DNA of 64,000 nucleotides from an uncultured Acidobacteriaceae bacterium (GCA_963733325.1 CAVTCT010000006.1:141744-205743); one strand, 5' to 3'. Shown: positions 8,340 to 19,581, numbered from the stretch's first letter. Notes: generated by a model not told the origin, from the sequence alone. Translations and numbers: made by a program.

Positions 8340-9413
8340 ATGAAGACGACATCACTTCGACCATTGAGCCTGTTGCTCGCCGCTGCATTCGTTATTCCTT
8401 GTCAAAATGTTCTCCCTCAGGAGAAAAAGCCGAACATCACGATCCTCGCCACCGGTGGCACGATTGCAGGAGCCGCGGCGACCGGCACGCAATCCGCTTA
8501 TAAGTCAGGTGCAGTCTCGATTGACGCCATGGTTGCCGCCGTTCCGGGAATCGAGAAGCTGGCAAATATCAAGGGGGAGCAGATCTCCAACGTTGGATCG
8601 CAGGACATGACGTTCGACATTCTGCTCACTCTCACCAAGCGGATTAATGAGCTGCTGGCGACCAACGATGTCGACGGAATCGTGGTTACTCACGGCACAG
8701 ACACGATGGAGGAGTCGGCATACTTCCTTAATCTGGTTGTAAAGAGCGACAAACCCGTGGTGCTGGTGGGCTCCATGCGACCGTCTACGGCGATCAGTGC
8801 CGATGGCCCCCTTAACCTTTACGAGGCAGTCGGCGTCGCAGCCGATCCACAATCGAAGGGCAGAGGCGTACTGGTGGTGATGAACAACTGGATTCACGCG
8901 GCGCATTCATTAACCAAAACCAGCACGACCTCAGTTCAGACCTTCATGTCACCGTTGCGCGGACTGGTCGGCATCTCAGCCTACGGCAATAACGACTTCT
9001 ACAACAACCCGCCATGGAAGCACACAACGGCAACTGAATTCGATGTCTCGGGAGTCACCAAGCTTCCACGCGTTGACATTATCTTTGCCTCCGAAGACAT
9101 GTCACCTGACCTGATCGATGCCAGCGCGAATGGCGGAGCCAAGGGCATCGTCATCGCCGGCGTCGGCAACGGAAACATGAACAAAGCCTCGGTGGAGGCT
9201 GCTGCGCGAGCAGTAAAGAAAGGCGTTGTCGTCGTTCGCAGCAGTCGCGTGACCACGGGCGACGTGGGGCGAAACGTGGAAATTAATGACGACGAGAATG
9301 GATTCATTGCTTCCAACGAATTGAATCCTCAGAAGTCGCGAATCCTGCTGACGCTGGCGCTGATGAAGCCTCACACACCGGCAGAGATCCAAACCATGTT
9401 TTCGACCTACTGA
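8340..9413 (+). CDS. ansB: type II (secreted) L-asparaginase
   Basis: ATGGTIAG and HGTDTMEE catalytic motifs, signal peptide, AAGGAGG SD. Confidence 0.93.
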   Translation: MKTTSLRPLSLLLAAAFVIPCQNVLPQEKKPNITILATGGTIAGAAATGTQSAYKSGAVSIDAMVAAVPGIEKLANIKGEQISNVGSQDMTFDILLTLTKRINELLATNDVDGIVVTHGTDTMEESAYFLNLVVKSDKPVVLVGSMRPSTAISADGPLNLYEAVGVAADPQSKGRGVLVVMNNWIHAAHSLTKTSTTSVQTFMSPLRGLVGISAYGNNDFYNNPPWKHTTATEFDVSGVTKLPRVDIIFASEDMSPDLIDASANGGAKGIVIAGVGNGNMNKASVEAAARAVKKGVVVVRSSRVTTGDVGRNVEINDDENGFIASNELNPQKSRILLTLALMKPHTPAEIQTMFSTY

Positions 9414-9425
9414 CACAACGCGTCG

Positions 9426-10874
9426 ATGCGAACCGTATCCATTCTGAAGGCGCTGCCGCGACTGTTCTTTGCGATCGCCATCATGGCTGGGGCGCGGCCG
9501 ACCCACGCTCAATACCCCGACGCTCCACGCCCTGCAGTAACATCGAATCCAACCGGAGAGATGTTTCGAGACATATCTCAGAGTTCTACCCAGGCGCCTC
9601 CTCCCGCTACCCCATCGCAGACAACCACTCCGGCGCAGACCACGGCTCACAAGCCTACTCCAGCGCAAACCCAGAGTACCCCGTCCTCGCTCGACGACAC
9701 CGTTGATGCAGGGGAAATGGACGACGATATCGATCACGCGCCACGAGAGATGGCCAAATGGAATGAGTACCGTGGCCCGCACTTCACCGCCAAGGCCGGC
9801 ATCGGGTTTCTGGTCGATCTGGCAGCCAACGCGCAGGATACGGCGAGCAAAGAGCAGATCGTGATGCACCCGGCCCAAAGGCTTCGTGACTTCCGATTCA
9901 TTCTGGGCGGTAGTTTTCCCAGCCTTCCGCGCAAAGTGACATGGAATGTCGGGATCATGTATGACGCTCCATCGCACTCCTGGTTCATACGTCAGACCGG
10001 TGTGATGGTCGCGGTCCCAAAACTTTGGGGCAATATCTTCATCGGTCGTTCCAAGGAAGGTTTCTCGCTGAACAAGGTGATGGTCGGTTATGACGGATGG
10101 ACGATGGAACGCTCCACGATGAGCGATGCGACCATCCCGCTTCTGGCAGACGGTTTCAAGTGGCTCGGCTACACGCCCAAGCACGGCTTTCTGTGGAACT
10201 TCGGTTACTACAACGACTGGCTTTCTCAGGGGCAAAGCTTCTCTTCATACCATAATCAGACAGTTCTGCGCGCAGTGTGGCTTCCGATTCATTCCGATGA
10301 GGAGCGTACCGTGTTCCACCTGGGAGTGAATCTGAGAAACGGAAGTCCTGCACACGGGCAGCTTCAGTTCCGCTCACGTCCTGAGTCATTCACAGCTCCT
10401 TACTTCGTGGATACGGGCAAGTTCGCCTCAACCAACACCAAGATGGCAGGATATGAGACCTATTACCGGAAAGGCCCGTTGCTACTGGGCAGCGAATACT
10501 GGTGGGTCAACGTCTCTTCCCCATCCACTCACAACCCCGTCGTCCATGGAGGCGACTTTGTTGCAACATGGTTGGTCACCGGAGAGACGCGTGCTTACAA
10601 CACAGTCCAAGGAGCCTTCAGAGATGTCATACCCAAGAGACCCTTGTTCTCCGGCGGTTATGGAGCTGTAGAGTTGGTCGCGCGGTTCTCCGATATTGAC
10701 TTAGACAGCGGCACCCTGAAGGGCGGCAAATTCTGGCGATTCACTCCGATGGTCAATTGGTACCTGACGGATTACCTGCGCCTCGTTGGCACCTATGGCA
10801 TTGGGCGTCTGGATCGGTTCGACCTCCAAGGCAATACTCAGTTCTTCCAGGCTCGCCTTCAATTCGAATTTTGA
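9426..10874 (+). CDS. outer-membrane porin, OprO/OprP-like
   Basis: Signal peptide, beta-strand-rich body, WLVTGETRAY, GAVELVARFS and VNWYL motifs, C-terminal Phe (RLQFEF). Confidence 0.85.
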   Translation: MRTVSILKALPRLFFAIAIMAGARPTHAQYPDAPRPAVTSNPTGEMFRDISQSSTQAPPPATPSQTTTPAQTTAHKPTPAQTQSTPSSLDDTVDAGEMDDDIDHAPREMAKWNEYRGPHFTAKAGIGFLVDLAANAQDTASKEQIVMHPAQRLRDFRFILGGSFPSLPRKVTWNVGIMYDAPSHSWFIRQTGVMVAVPKLWGNIFIGRSKEGFSLNKVMVGYDGWTMERSTMSDATIPLLADGFKWLGYTPKHGFLWNFGYYNDWLSQGQSFSSYHNQTVLRAVWLPIHSDEERTVFHLGVNLRNGSPAHGQLQFRSRPESFTAPYFVDTGKFASTNTKMAGYETYYRKGPLLLGSEYWWVNVSSPSTHNPVVHGGDFVATWLVTGETRAYNTVQGAFRDVIPKRPLFSGGYGAVELVARFSDIDLDSGTLKGGKFWRFTPMVNWYLTDYLRLVGTYGIGRLDRFDLQGNTQFFQARLQFEF

Positions 10875-11067
10875 GTTAGCCAGCATCAGCCTGGGCAGCG
10901 CTGCTGTGCGAGAGTTTGACCAACGCGAGACTGACGACATTCCGAGCAAACAGAGTGAATGCGGCCACGAGGCCGACGCCGCATGCCAATTGTTTGGCCG
11001 ACGTTTGGTTCATTTCGCACCGATCTTTTCGTTTGGCTCGCTTTAGAATGTCCTTTCAGAGGGCCTC

Positions 11068-11478
11068 ATGGAATCGACAGGCCATACCGCAGAAGCCGTC
11101 GCGCAGGCTTTCGTGCGCGCCATCAACCGGCAGGATTTGGACGGGCTAACCGCGCTGATGTCGCCTACACATCGCTTCATTGACTCGCTCGGCAAAGTGA
11201 TTGAAGGCCGCGAAAAGATGCGCGAGGGATGGGCCGCCTATTTCCGCATGGTCCCCGACTATGCAGTTGCGATCGAGGAGTTCTATCCCGGCGAGCCGGT
11301 GGTCGTGATGCTTGGCATGGCCTCCGGAACCTACTCCCGCGACGGCAAACTGCATCCCGAAAACCGCTGGCAGACGCCCGTGGCGATTCGCGCTCTCATC
11401 GAAGACGGCCTGGCCGCCGAGTGGCGCGTTTACGCCGACAATGAACCGATTCGGAAGGTGATGGCGAGCGGCAAATAG
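11068..11478 (+). CDS. SnoaL/NTF2-like protein
   Basis: AFVRAINRQDLDGL..FIDSLG..EGRE..WRVYADN pattern. Confidence 0.8.
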   Translation: MESTGHTAEAVAQAFVRAINRQDLDGLTALMSPTHRFIDSLGKVIEGREKMREGWAAYFRMVPDYAVAIEEFYPGEPVVVMLGMASGTYSRDGKLHPENRWQTPVAIRALIEDGLAAEWRVYADNEPIRKVMASGK

Positions 11479-11529
11479 TGCAGGCAGGTGTTCGGATCGT
11501 CAGCGCTGATCTGTGCTAGTCTGCCGATC

Positions 11530-11982
11530 ATGGCGCGCCCGCCCGATCCCCGGCTGCTCAATTATCTAGCCCCACACGATCCCCGCATCGCAAGCCTTGC
11601 TTTAGCTCTGCGCGAAGTCGTCCTGGAAGAAGCGCCCGAGGCAATCGAATCTCTCGTGAACGGGTATGCGGTTGCAATCGGCTTCTCTTTCACCGGCAAG
11701 CCGATGAAGGACGGGTTCTGCCATGTCGTGACCTACAAGAATTGTGTGAACCTTGGTTTCAACCGCGGCGCACTGCTTGCCGACGATGAAGGAGTTCTGG
11801 AAGGCTCCGGCAAATTGATCCGACATCTCAGAATCAACGACCACGACGACCTCGACCGCCCCCTTGTGCGGCGGTTCCTTCGTGCCGCGATCGAACAGGT
11901 CGGCCAGGTCGGATGTCCGTCGCAGCGCGTATCCGCGAAAACCAGGAAATCGGCGACAAAACGCATCAGTCATCCAAAGTAA
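11530..11982 (+). CDS. DUF1801 (YdhG-like) domain protein
   Basis: LREVVLEEAP..VNLGFNRGALL.D..GVLEGSGKLIRH. Confidence 0.75.
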   Translation: MARPPDPRLLNYLAPHDPRIASLALALREVVLEEAPEAIESLVNGYAVAIGFSFTGKPMKDGFCHVVTYKNCVNLGFNRGALLADDEGVLEGSGKLIRHLRINDHDDLDRPLVRRFLRAAIEQVGQVGCPSQRVSAKTRKSATKRISHPK

Positions 11983-12127
11983 CGCCTCCTGCGCTCCGAA
12001 GCTAAATTGGTTGCAGCCCGAGTTGCGCCATAGACCGTCTAGGACATATCGGGTATCTCTGAATCTGGTCCTTGAGGACTATCATGGGTTCGCAACCCAG
12101 ATATGATTTTTTCCGGAGGGAAGTACT

Positions 12128-13942
12128 ATGAATCGCCCGTTCGTTGCCATGTTTCTCTCGCTTGCGTGTGCGGTTCCGATGATGGGGCAGGCAGATGATT
12201 CTGCAACCACCCTGCGCGTCAACAGCAGAGCTGTTCTCGTGGATGTGATTGTCAGCGACTCCTCGGGCAAGCCGGTCACTGGACTCTCCAGGGACGCCTT
12301 CAGCGTGACAGAACAGGGCAAGCCACAGACGATTTCATTCTTCGAGGAGAATGGCAACACGCCCCCCGCGCCGCCGGTAGCAATGCCCACCATGCCGCCG
12401 GACATATTCACGAATTTCTCTCCTTTTCCGCAGCCGGCGGCAGTGAATGTGCTGCTGCTGGACTCGCTGAACACGCGGATGGAGAACCAGAGCTACGTGC
12501 ACAAGCAGGCCCTGCAGTTCCTGAAGAGCGCGAAGCCGGGCACGCGCATGGCCATCTTTACCATGGGACTCGGCCTGCATTTCATTCAGGGCTTCAACGA
12601 CGATCCTGCCGTGCTGATGGCGGCTCTCAACAACAAGAAGAACAACGAAATTGAAGCGTCTGCGATGCTGAAGGGGCAGGATGAGACGAATGCCCAGCAG
12701 AATGTGATCGGCATGATGAATACGTCGGAGGGAAACGGCGCGACCGCAGCCCCGGCGGAGATGATTGCGGCGCTGCAGAACTTCATTAACGAGAACGACA
12801 CCTCGCGTTCCTACGATCGGATGTATGTGACGCTGGCGAATCTGCAGCGGCTGGCAGCGTTCCTGCAGGGGTTCCCGGGGCGCAAGAACATCATCTGGTT
12901 CGCGGAAAAGGTCCCGGCGCTCTATGTAACCGGGTCGGACGCCTCTGGCGGCGTGGCTTCGGGCACCCCTGCTATCGGTGACGAGATCAAGAGGACACTT
13001 GCCATGCTCGCCGCAGCGCGCGCAGCCATCTATCCGGTCGACGCGCGCGGAACCTCCAATTACAGCCTGTACACCGCAGAAAGCAACCTGTCTCACGCGA
13101 ATTCGCAAGCTTCTCAGATGGTGGGCTCCAGCGGAACATTTTCGAACTCAATCAGAAGCGAGGGCGAGGATCGCAACTCCGATCAGGCTCAAGCACAGAT
13201 CCTTGCCGAGCAGTCCGGCGGAAAGGCCTTCGCGAACACCAACGCGCTCTCAGACGTAATCGACAAGATCACGTCGACCAGCAGCCATTTCTATACCCTT
13301 TCGTACTCGCCGACGAATGCAAGAATGGACGGAACCCTCCGCAACATTGAGGTGAAGGTTGAGGGCGGGAAATACAAGCTCGCGTACCGGCGGGGATACT
13401 TTGCGGTGGAGGAAGCGCTGCCCGGCAGCTCGCTGTCCGTGCGGAATCAGGAGGTCCAGAAACTTGCCGCCAAAAACCCCGGTGCCGTCGATCCCCTGCT
13501 GCCGTTCATGGACCTCGGGATGCCGCAGAGCCAACAGATTCTCTACAAGGTCCTCATTGTGCCGGCTGCTGCGGGCGAGAACGAGCCTGCCGACAAGAAA
13601 AACAAGGACCACTACAATCTTGACTTCGCCATCGATCTGAAAGACCTGCACTTGAATCTCGACAAGGACGGGCTCCACAAGGGCGAACTGAATATCTCGC
13701 TGATGGTTTACGACCGCTACGGTAACGTCATCAGCCGCGAAGACTACCTGGTACCGCTGAACATCAAACCCGACGCGTACGCGATGTTCCAGAACACCGG
13801 TGTGCAACTCCACGCCCAACTGGCTCTGCCGAAGGGCAATTTCTGGCTGCGCACCGGCATTTACGACCGCGCCTCGCGCAAGGTGGGCACCATGGAGATT
13901 CCGCTCGCTGCAGTCAAGCCGCTGGAGACCGCCGCGAAGTAG
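12128..13942 (+). CDS. VWA domain protein (acidobacterial VWFA-related)
   Basis: Signal peptide; VLVDVIVSD..GKPVTGL, LLLDSLN, PGRKNIIWF, IYPVDARG, YTLSYSP, YRRGY. Confidence 0.88.
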   Translation: MNRPFVAMFLSLACAVPMMGQADDSATTLRVNSRAVLVDVIVSDSSGKPVTGLSRDAFSVTEQGKPQTISFFEENGNTPPAPPVAMPTMPPDIFTNFSPFPQPAAVNVLLLDSLNTRMENQSYVHKQALQFLKSAKPGTRMAIFTMGLGLHFIQGFNDDPAVLMAALNNKKNNEIEASAMLKGQDETNAQQNVIGMMNTSEGNGATAAPAEMIAALQNFINENDTSRSYDRMYVTLANLQRLAAFLQGFPGRKNIIWFAEKVPALYVTGSDASGGVASGTPAIGDEIKRTLAMLAAARAAIYPVDARGTSNYSLYTAESNLSHANSQASQMVGSSGTFSNSIRSEGEDRNSDQAQAQILAEQSGGKAFANTNALSDVIDKITSTSSHFYTLSYSPTNARMDGTLRNIEVKVEGGKYKLAYRRGYFAVEEALPGSSLSVRNQEVQKLAAKNPGAVDPLLPFMDLGMPQSQQILYKVLIVPAAAGENEPADKKNKDHYNLDFAIDLKDLHLNLDKDGLHKGELNISLMVYDRYGNVISREDYLVPLNIKPDAYAMFQNTGVQLHAQLALPKGNFWLRTGIYDRASRKVGTMEIPLAAVKPLETAAK

Positions 13943-13977
13943 TTCTCGACGGGAGGAGACATAAGTTGGGGACCCGT

Positions 13978-14641
13978 TTACTCGTCGCTCACCAGCGTCT
14001 CGACGATGTGCCCCATCTTTTCCTGCTTGGTGCGCACGTAGGCCGCGAAGGTCTCCTGCGGCTCAACCTCGGCCGAGACGCGCTCGACGACAGTGATGCC
14101 CGCGGACTCGAGTGCCGCAACTTTGTCGGGATTGTTGGTCATCAGCTTGACCTGCGACACGCCCAGCAGCTTCAGCACGCGGCCGGCAATTCGTATTCGC
14201 GACAATCGGCCTCGAATCCCAGCTCGACATTGGCTTCGACGGTGTCGCAGCCCAGCGTCCTGCAGTTCGTAGGCTTTCAGCTTGGCCATCAGGCCAATGC
14301 CGCGGCCCTCCTGCTGCTCGTAAAGCAGGATGCCCGCGCCCTCGGCGGCAATCCTCTTGAGAGCCAACTCGAGTTGCAGCCGGCAATCGCAGCGCAGCGA
14401 TCCGAAATACATCCCCGGTCAGGCACTGCGAGTGGATCCGCACCAGCGGCGGCGCGGCGTGAATGTCGCCCATGACCAGCGCAACCAGCCCTTCGACTTT
14501 GCCGGGCTGAGCAGGCGACCCGGCCTGGTCCCGCGATCCGGAAGGGCCCGGCAGCGTCCCCTCAAACCCGAGAATGCGGAAAGCTCCCCAGCGGGTGGGA
14601 AAATCGGCCTCCGCGACCTTCTTCACGCTCTCAAATGCCAT
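13978..14641 (-). CDS. ribA: GTP cyclohydrolase II (split by apparent indels)
   Basis: [40 protein letters not shown] spread over two frames. Confidence 0.9.
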
Positions 14642-14784
14642 GGTTCCATTCTACTTGGCGCGCAGTAGCCAACCAGCGGCAAGCGTCACAAAGGGTGAGA
14701 TTCACTCGCACGACGAGTCGCAAGCTGCTGAACGACGTCGGTTTGCGTTTGGGTGGCGCATCGGTAGCGCGATACAGTGGTGGG

Positions 14785-16088
14785 GTGACCGACAGGCTCA
14801 TTCTGATCACGCTGCTGGTGAAGCTGGGGGTGGTGGCTTCGGTGGCCAGCGTGCTGGCGCGCGCCAGCACCTTCCGCCGCCTGTTCTTCGCCGAGCATCG
14901 CCGCCCGCGGCAAACCCTGGCACTGCTGGCGTTTTTCCTCGTTCCGCTGACTCTGGGCGTCTGGATGCGAACCTCGGTTCCAAATTTCCTCGCCGCCGAC
15001 ATTTCCTTCGAGACCATCATTCTGCTTGGTCTGCTCATCGGACCGCGCTGGGCGATGCTCGGCGGCATCGTGCTGTCTGCTGCCGGCCATGCTTCACGGC
15101 GAATACCTCGCGCTGCCCTTCAATGCCGCCCTGGGTTTGCTGGCGCGGCATCCTCGGCGCATTCGTTGAGCCGGAAGAGATCTGGTCGTTCACGCCCTTT
15201 GTCGACCTCAGCCTCTATCGCTGGGTGCGCCGCATCCTGCGCCGCCCGCGCATCGACCGCCAGTTCCTCATGCTCTTCCTCATCGTCGCCGCCGAGGCCT
15301 GCCGCGACTGGATTGCGCGCGAGTTTCCCCACCAGCTGTTTGCCCTGCGTCGCAACCCAGCCCTGGGTGCAGGTGCTCGTGTGGATCAGCGCGCCCATCG
15401 TCGTCGGCATTGCGCTGAAGGTGTGGAACGCGCTGCGCATCGAGATGAAGCTCGAAGAGCAGAAGCGTCTTCTGCTCGAAGCGCGGCTCGATGCACTGCA
15501 GCGCCAGATCAATCCCCACTTCCTCTTCAACACGCTCAACTCCATCGCATCGCTGGTGCGCATCAAGCCGGAACTGGCCCGCGAGATGACGGTGAAGCTG
15601 GCCAACATTCTGCGCGCGCTGCTCAAGGATCACGACACCTATGTCCCGCTGCGCAACGGAACTGAGCTTTACCGACGACTATCTCGACATCGAAGTGGTG
15701 CGCTTCGGCGCCGACAAACTGCGCGTCGAAAAAGAAATCGATCCGCGGACGCTGGATGTCCTGGTGCCCAGCATTCTGCTGCAGCCGCTTATCGAGAACA
15801 GCATCAAGCACGGCCTGGAGCCGCGCATCCACGGCGGCACCGTAACGCTGCGCAGCCAACTTGAAGGCGATCGCGTCCTCATTGAAGTGGCCGACGACGG
15901 CGTGGGCATGGGCGACCGGCCGAGGACCGGCCTGCAGCAGCAACGGCGCCGGCATCGGCATGAAGAACGTGCAGGAGCGGCTTGAAGTGCTCTACGGCAA
16001 CCAGGCCAGCTTTAAAGTGGTCAGCAATCCCGGCCGCGGAACGCTGGTCTCCATCGAAATTCCCGCCGATCTCTCCGCCGTGCGTTAG
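14785..16088 (+). CDS. LytS/YehU-family sensor histidine kinase (split by apparent indels)
   Basis: TM N-terminus; ALQRQINPHFLFNTLNSI, LQPLIENSIKHG, DDGVG, GIGMKNVQERL in successive frames. Confidence 0.88.
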
Positions 16089-16140
16089 GCGTCAAGAAAT
16101 GTTCAGCGTTGTAGCTAAGCTAACTAATTGGAGGAAGCTT

Positions 16141-16536
16141 ATGAGTCACCCTGACGTCTCAGCCGCAATTGTCAATTTGGACAAAATCGGCCAGATCGCA
16201 ATCACTGTCGATGACCTTGCGCGTGCCAGGGCTTTCTACCGGGACACACTGGGCATGAAGTTCCTTTTCGACGCCGGCCAGCTTGCGTTCTTCAAATGCG
16301 GCGACATCCGCCTCATGCTGAGCACTCCCGAAAAACCGGAGCCTCGAGGTGGAACCATCCTTTACTACAAAGTAGAGGACATTCAAGCGACGCACGCCGC
16401 TCTAAAGCAGCGTGGCGTTGAGTTCTTCCAGGATCCGCACCTGATCGCAAAAATGCCCGATCACGATTTGTGGATGGCGTTTCTGAAAGACACCGAAGGC
16501 AACACCATCGGCATCATGTGCGAAGTCCGAAGCTAG
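16141..16536 (+). CDS. VOC/glyoxalase family protein
   Basis: IGQIAITVDDLARARAFYRDTLG..AFLKDTEGN; GGAGG SD. Confidence 0.88.
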   Translation: MSHPDVSAAIVNLDKIGQIAITVDDLARARAFYRDTLGMKFLFDAGQLAFFKCGDIRLMLSTPEKPEPRGGTILYYKVEDIQATHAALKQRGVEFFQDPHLIAKMPDHDLWMAFLKDTEGNTIGIMCEVRS

Positions 16537-17703
16537 GGCAGCACTGTGCACTGCTATCGCCTTGGTCTTCAAGCGCCAGCACCGCGTAGCTCGTGGCCGC
16601 GTCGCTCATGAACTTGCCCACGTCCGAATTCGGATCGCGATTCTTGTTCAGCGACCATGCCGGCCACGCGCCTGTGGTCTTGTCCTGGTTCGCTTCGAGC
16701 CACGCAAGGCCGCGCGTCACATGCGGCTTCTTGTCTGAGGTGACGGGACTCTCTTCGAGCGCCAGCACGATGAGTCCGGTGGCATAGCCGTCAGATCGGG
16801 TTTCGAGCGGGGTGTTGTCACGGCGTTTCCACGTGCCCAGTTCGGTGAGGCTCCAGCCGCCGTCTTCGTGCTGCAGGCGATTGACGTCATCGACAAGGCT
16901 ACGCTCTGGTCGCGGGTAAGGACACCGGGGAAATATTTCCCAGCCCACAGTGCGACAATCTTGTTCACCAGCGGCTGCGCGTCGTAATGGCTCTGCAGGT
17001 AGCTGCGCAAAGCAGCGAGATTCGCTGCGATCTTCGGATCGTTGCGGTAGTTGTCGGGAGCGCTGCCGACGGCCAGCGCCATCAGCGCCGCCCAGTGGTA
17101 CTGCGATTCCTTTGACTCCCACGGCGTGTAATCGAAGTTCTGCCAGACCCACGCGCCGGCATCCGGGCCCGATTTCGATTGCAGAGCCCAGGCATTGTCG
17201 AATGCCATCCGCGTGCGTTCGCTCAGGTGCCCCTGCGGCACGTCGTAGCTGGCGAGGATGAGGCGTTCAGCACCGACTCTGCATTGCGCGACTCGATTTC
17301 TTTTCCCGCGCCATAGACGGCATCGCTGTAGAAGGGCTGCATGTCCTTCCACTCGCGAACGCGCTTTTCAACGCTCGCCAGCATCACCTGCTCCTGCGCA
17401 GAAGGTGTGCGCTCACCGGCAGGGCCGCGCAGAACCGGGCGGGCAAGCGCGTAGCTCGCTTGCGTGTGGCAGGTGACGCAGAGGGTGCCGTGGTCTTTAT
17501 GCGCGCGATCCCAGCCCTGCCACCAGGTCTCGCGGCTGTCGAGATAGTTTGCAGCTGCTATTGGACTCCAGGTTGGCGTCGCGGCTGCGGGTCTTGTCCG
17601 CCGCCAGGACAGCCACGCGAGGCATGCGAGCAATGCAGACCAGCAACGCGCCGCTCGCCAGCAAAGCGAGCATCATCGCACCAAACAATAGCTTTCTTGT
17701 CAT
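16514..17703 (-). CDS. exported prenyltransferase/squalene-cyclase-repeat-like protein (split by apparent indels)
   Basis: Signal peptide, CVTCH, QHEDGGWS, SDGYATGL, WLEANQDKTTGAW, SDAATSYAVLAL across frames; stop position uncertain. Confidence 0.65.
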
Positions 17704-17882
17704 CCGTTCGACCTCTGCGACGACTGGGATGTCGCCGTGGGTTGCACCACTACAGCCAGAATACTTCGCCGAATTCCAAACCCGGCAGAATTTCGTCGCT
17801 CCAGCACCTGCCGGGAACAAGTTCCTTCCTCGTTAACCCCTTGTCCTCGTCTTGCACAGGCCCATCGCGGTATGCTCACAAC

Positions 17883-18857
17883 ATGGTGCGGTTCACGGTG
17901 CTGGCGTCGGGATCCAAAGGCAACTGCACGGTTGTCACCGGCGGCAACACGCGGATCCTTGTGGACGCCGGCCTCAGCTGCCGCGAGCTCTTCCGCCGCA
18001 TGCGCCTTGCCGGCGAAGATCCGGCGACACTCGACGCCATCATCATCACCCACGAGCACCAGGACCACGTCACCGGCCTGGCCGTCACCGCGCGCAAGCT
18101 TGGCATTCCCGTCTACTTCACCGATGGCACTCACCGCGCCTGGGTGCGTTGGCTCTCGCCGCGCAGGCAGATGACCTACACCCAATGGCTGGAACAATGC
18201 CGCAAGCAAGCCGCTGCACGCATGGCCGAAGCCGATGCCGCCAATGACGGAAGAATGCGATCCCGAAGAAGCCGAAGCCAACCGCCGAATCAGCCCCCGC
18301 TGAAAAAGCTGAGCCGGCTACCGCCGAAGGCTGCCTCCCGAAAAGGATCCCACCTGGCTGCCCTCGGTCCAGTACTTCCAGGCTGGCAAGCCTCTTCAGA
18401 TCGGCGACATCTCCGTCAGCCCCTTCACTATTCCCCACGACGCGGCGGATCCGGTTGGATTCGTCTTCCAGGCTGAAGGCGTGCGCATGGCCGTGGCCAC
18501 CGACCTGGGCTACATCCCGCCCAACGTCAAGGCCCAGCTCAAAAGCGTTGATCTGCTGCTGCTTGAGTCCAATCACGACCTCGAAATGCTGCGCGACGGC
18601 CCCTACCCCTGGTCAGTGAAGCAGAGAGTGCTTTCCCGCGTTGGTCACCTGTCGAACGAGGCGGCAGCCACTTACCTCGAAACCGAATACGATGGCCAGG
18701 CCTCCTACGTCATTCTCGGCCATCTCTCTGAAAGCAATAATCTTCCGAGCTTGCCCGGATTGCGGCCGAGCGCGCTCTCAACGGCCGTGCCAGCCTGCTG
18801 GCCAACCGGCTGTTACTCGCAGCGCAACACGAACCAATGTCAACTATTTGCTTTTGA
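17883..18857 (+). CDS. MBL-fold metallohydrolase (YycJ/WalJ-like; split by apparent indels)
   Basis: LASGSKGN, ITHEHQDH, ATDLG, ESNHD, GHLSN, GHLSESNN. Confidence 0.88.
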
Positions 18858-19075
18858 TGAAACTCGATTACAATGGTAAGCGGGAGTAATGTGCGGGTGC
18901 AGCCGTATGCACGCGGCATTACGGGATGTAAGTTTACTCATATCAGCAGGTTTCGAGTAATACTGAATCATCCAGTACCCCGATGGCATCCAAGGAGTCG
19001 AACTTCTACTGTCGTGCTTTTACTGTACAGAGCGTGACAATTGATCAGATTCTTTACAAAGTGAGTCAAACTTTT

Positions 19076-19558
19076 ATGGCGAAAACTCAATGTACCGACC
19101 GAGTTGTTGGCGCGATTCTTGCAAGCTGGCGGTATGACATCTCAGGGATTTCCCCCGAGATGCGCAGGGATTATGAACAGCATCTCGCCGATTGCGGCCG
19201 CTGCCGAGCCCGGCAGAAATTCCACCGCAGTCTCGACGTATCTCTGGTTGTTCTTACGTCGCTTTCGGTGTTCTTTTCCCTGTTCGCACTTGCGGTTCTG
19301 CGGCACATCAAGCCGCTGGAGCATGTGGCGTTCAACGTCCTCGGCCTCGACATCTCCGACATGTATCACATGCTGGTGTCGGCGGCCATCGCCGGAGTTT
19401 GCTTCTCGGTGATTGCCTTTGCGCTGGTGCTGACGGCGACGCCCGCGCCGTCTTATCTCGGCGGCATTGCGGCGGAGCGCGCGCGCATGCTCGAAGAACG
19501 CATGCCTGAAGCCTTCGAGCGCCTGCCTAACGCCATCAAGTCGCTGCGTCCCCGATAA
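19076..19558 (+). CDS. membrane protein with zf-HC2-like (HxxxCxxC) motif
   Basis: EQHLADCGRC followed by two TM helices. Confidence 0.7.
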   Translation: MAKTQCTDRVVGAILASWRYDISGISPEMRRDYEQHLADCGRCRARQKFHRSLDVSLVVLTSLSVFFSLFALAVLRHIKPLEHVAFNVLGLDISDMYHMLVSAAIAGVCFSVIAFALVLTATPAPSYLGGIAAERARMLEERMPEAFERLPNAIKSLRPR

Positions 19559-19581
19559 GCGCGTGCTTCACTCAAGAGTCC

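Noticed and set aside
9102-10235. Long antisense ORFs (also 5475-6548, 20229-21305, 27686-28894, 47709-48872)
   Set aside because: Shadows of well-supported genes in high-GC DNA, with no recognisable motifs.
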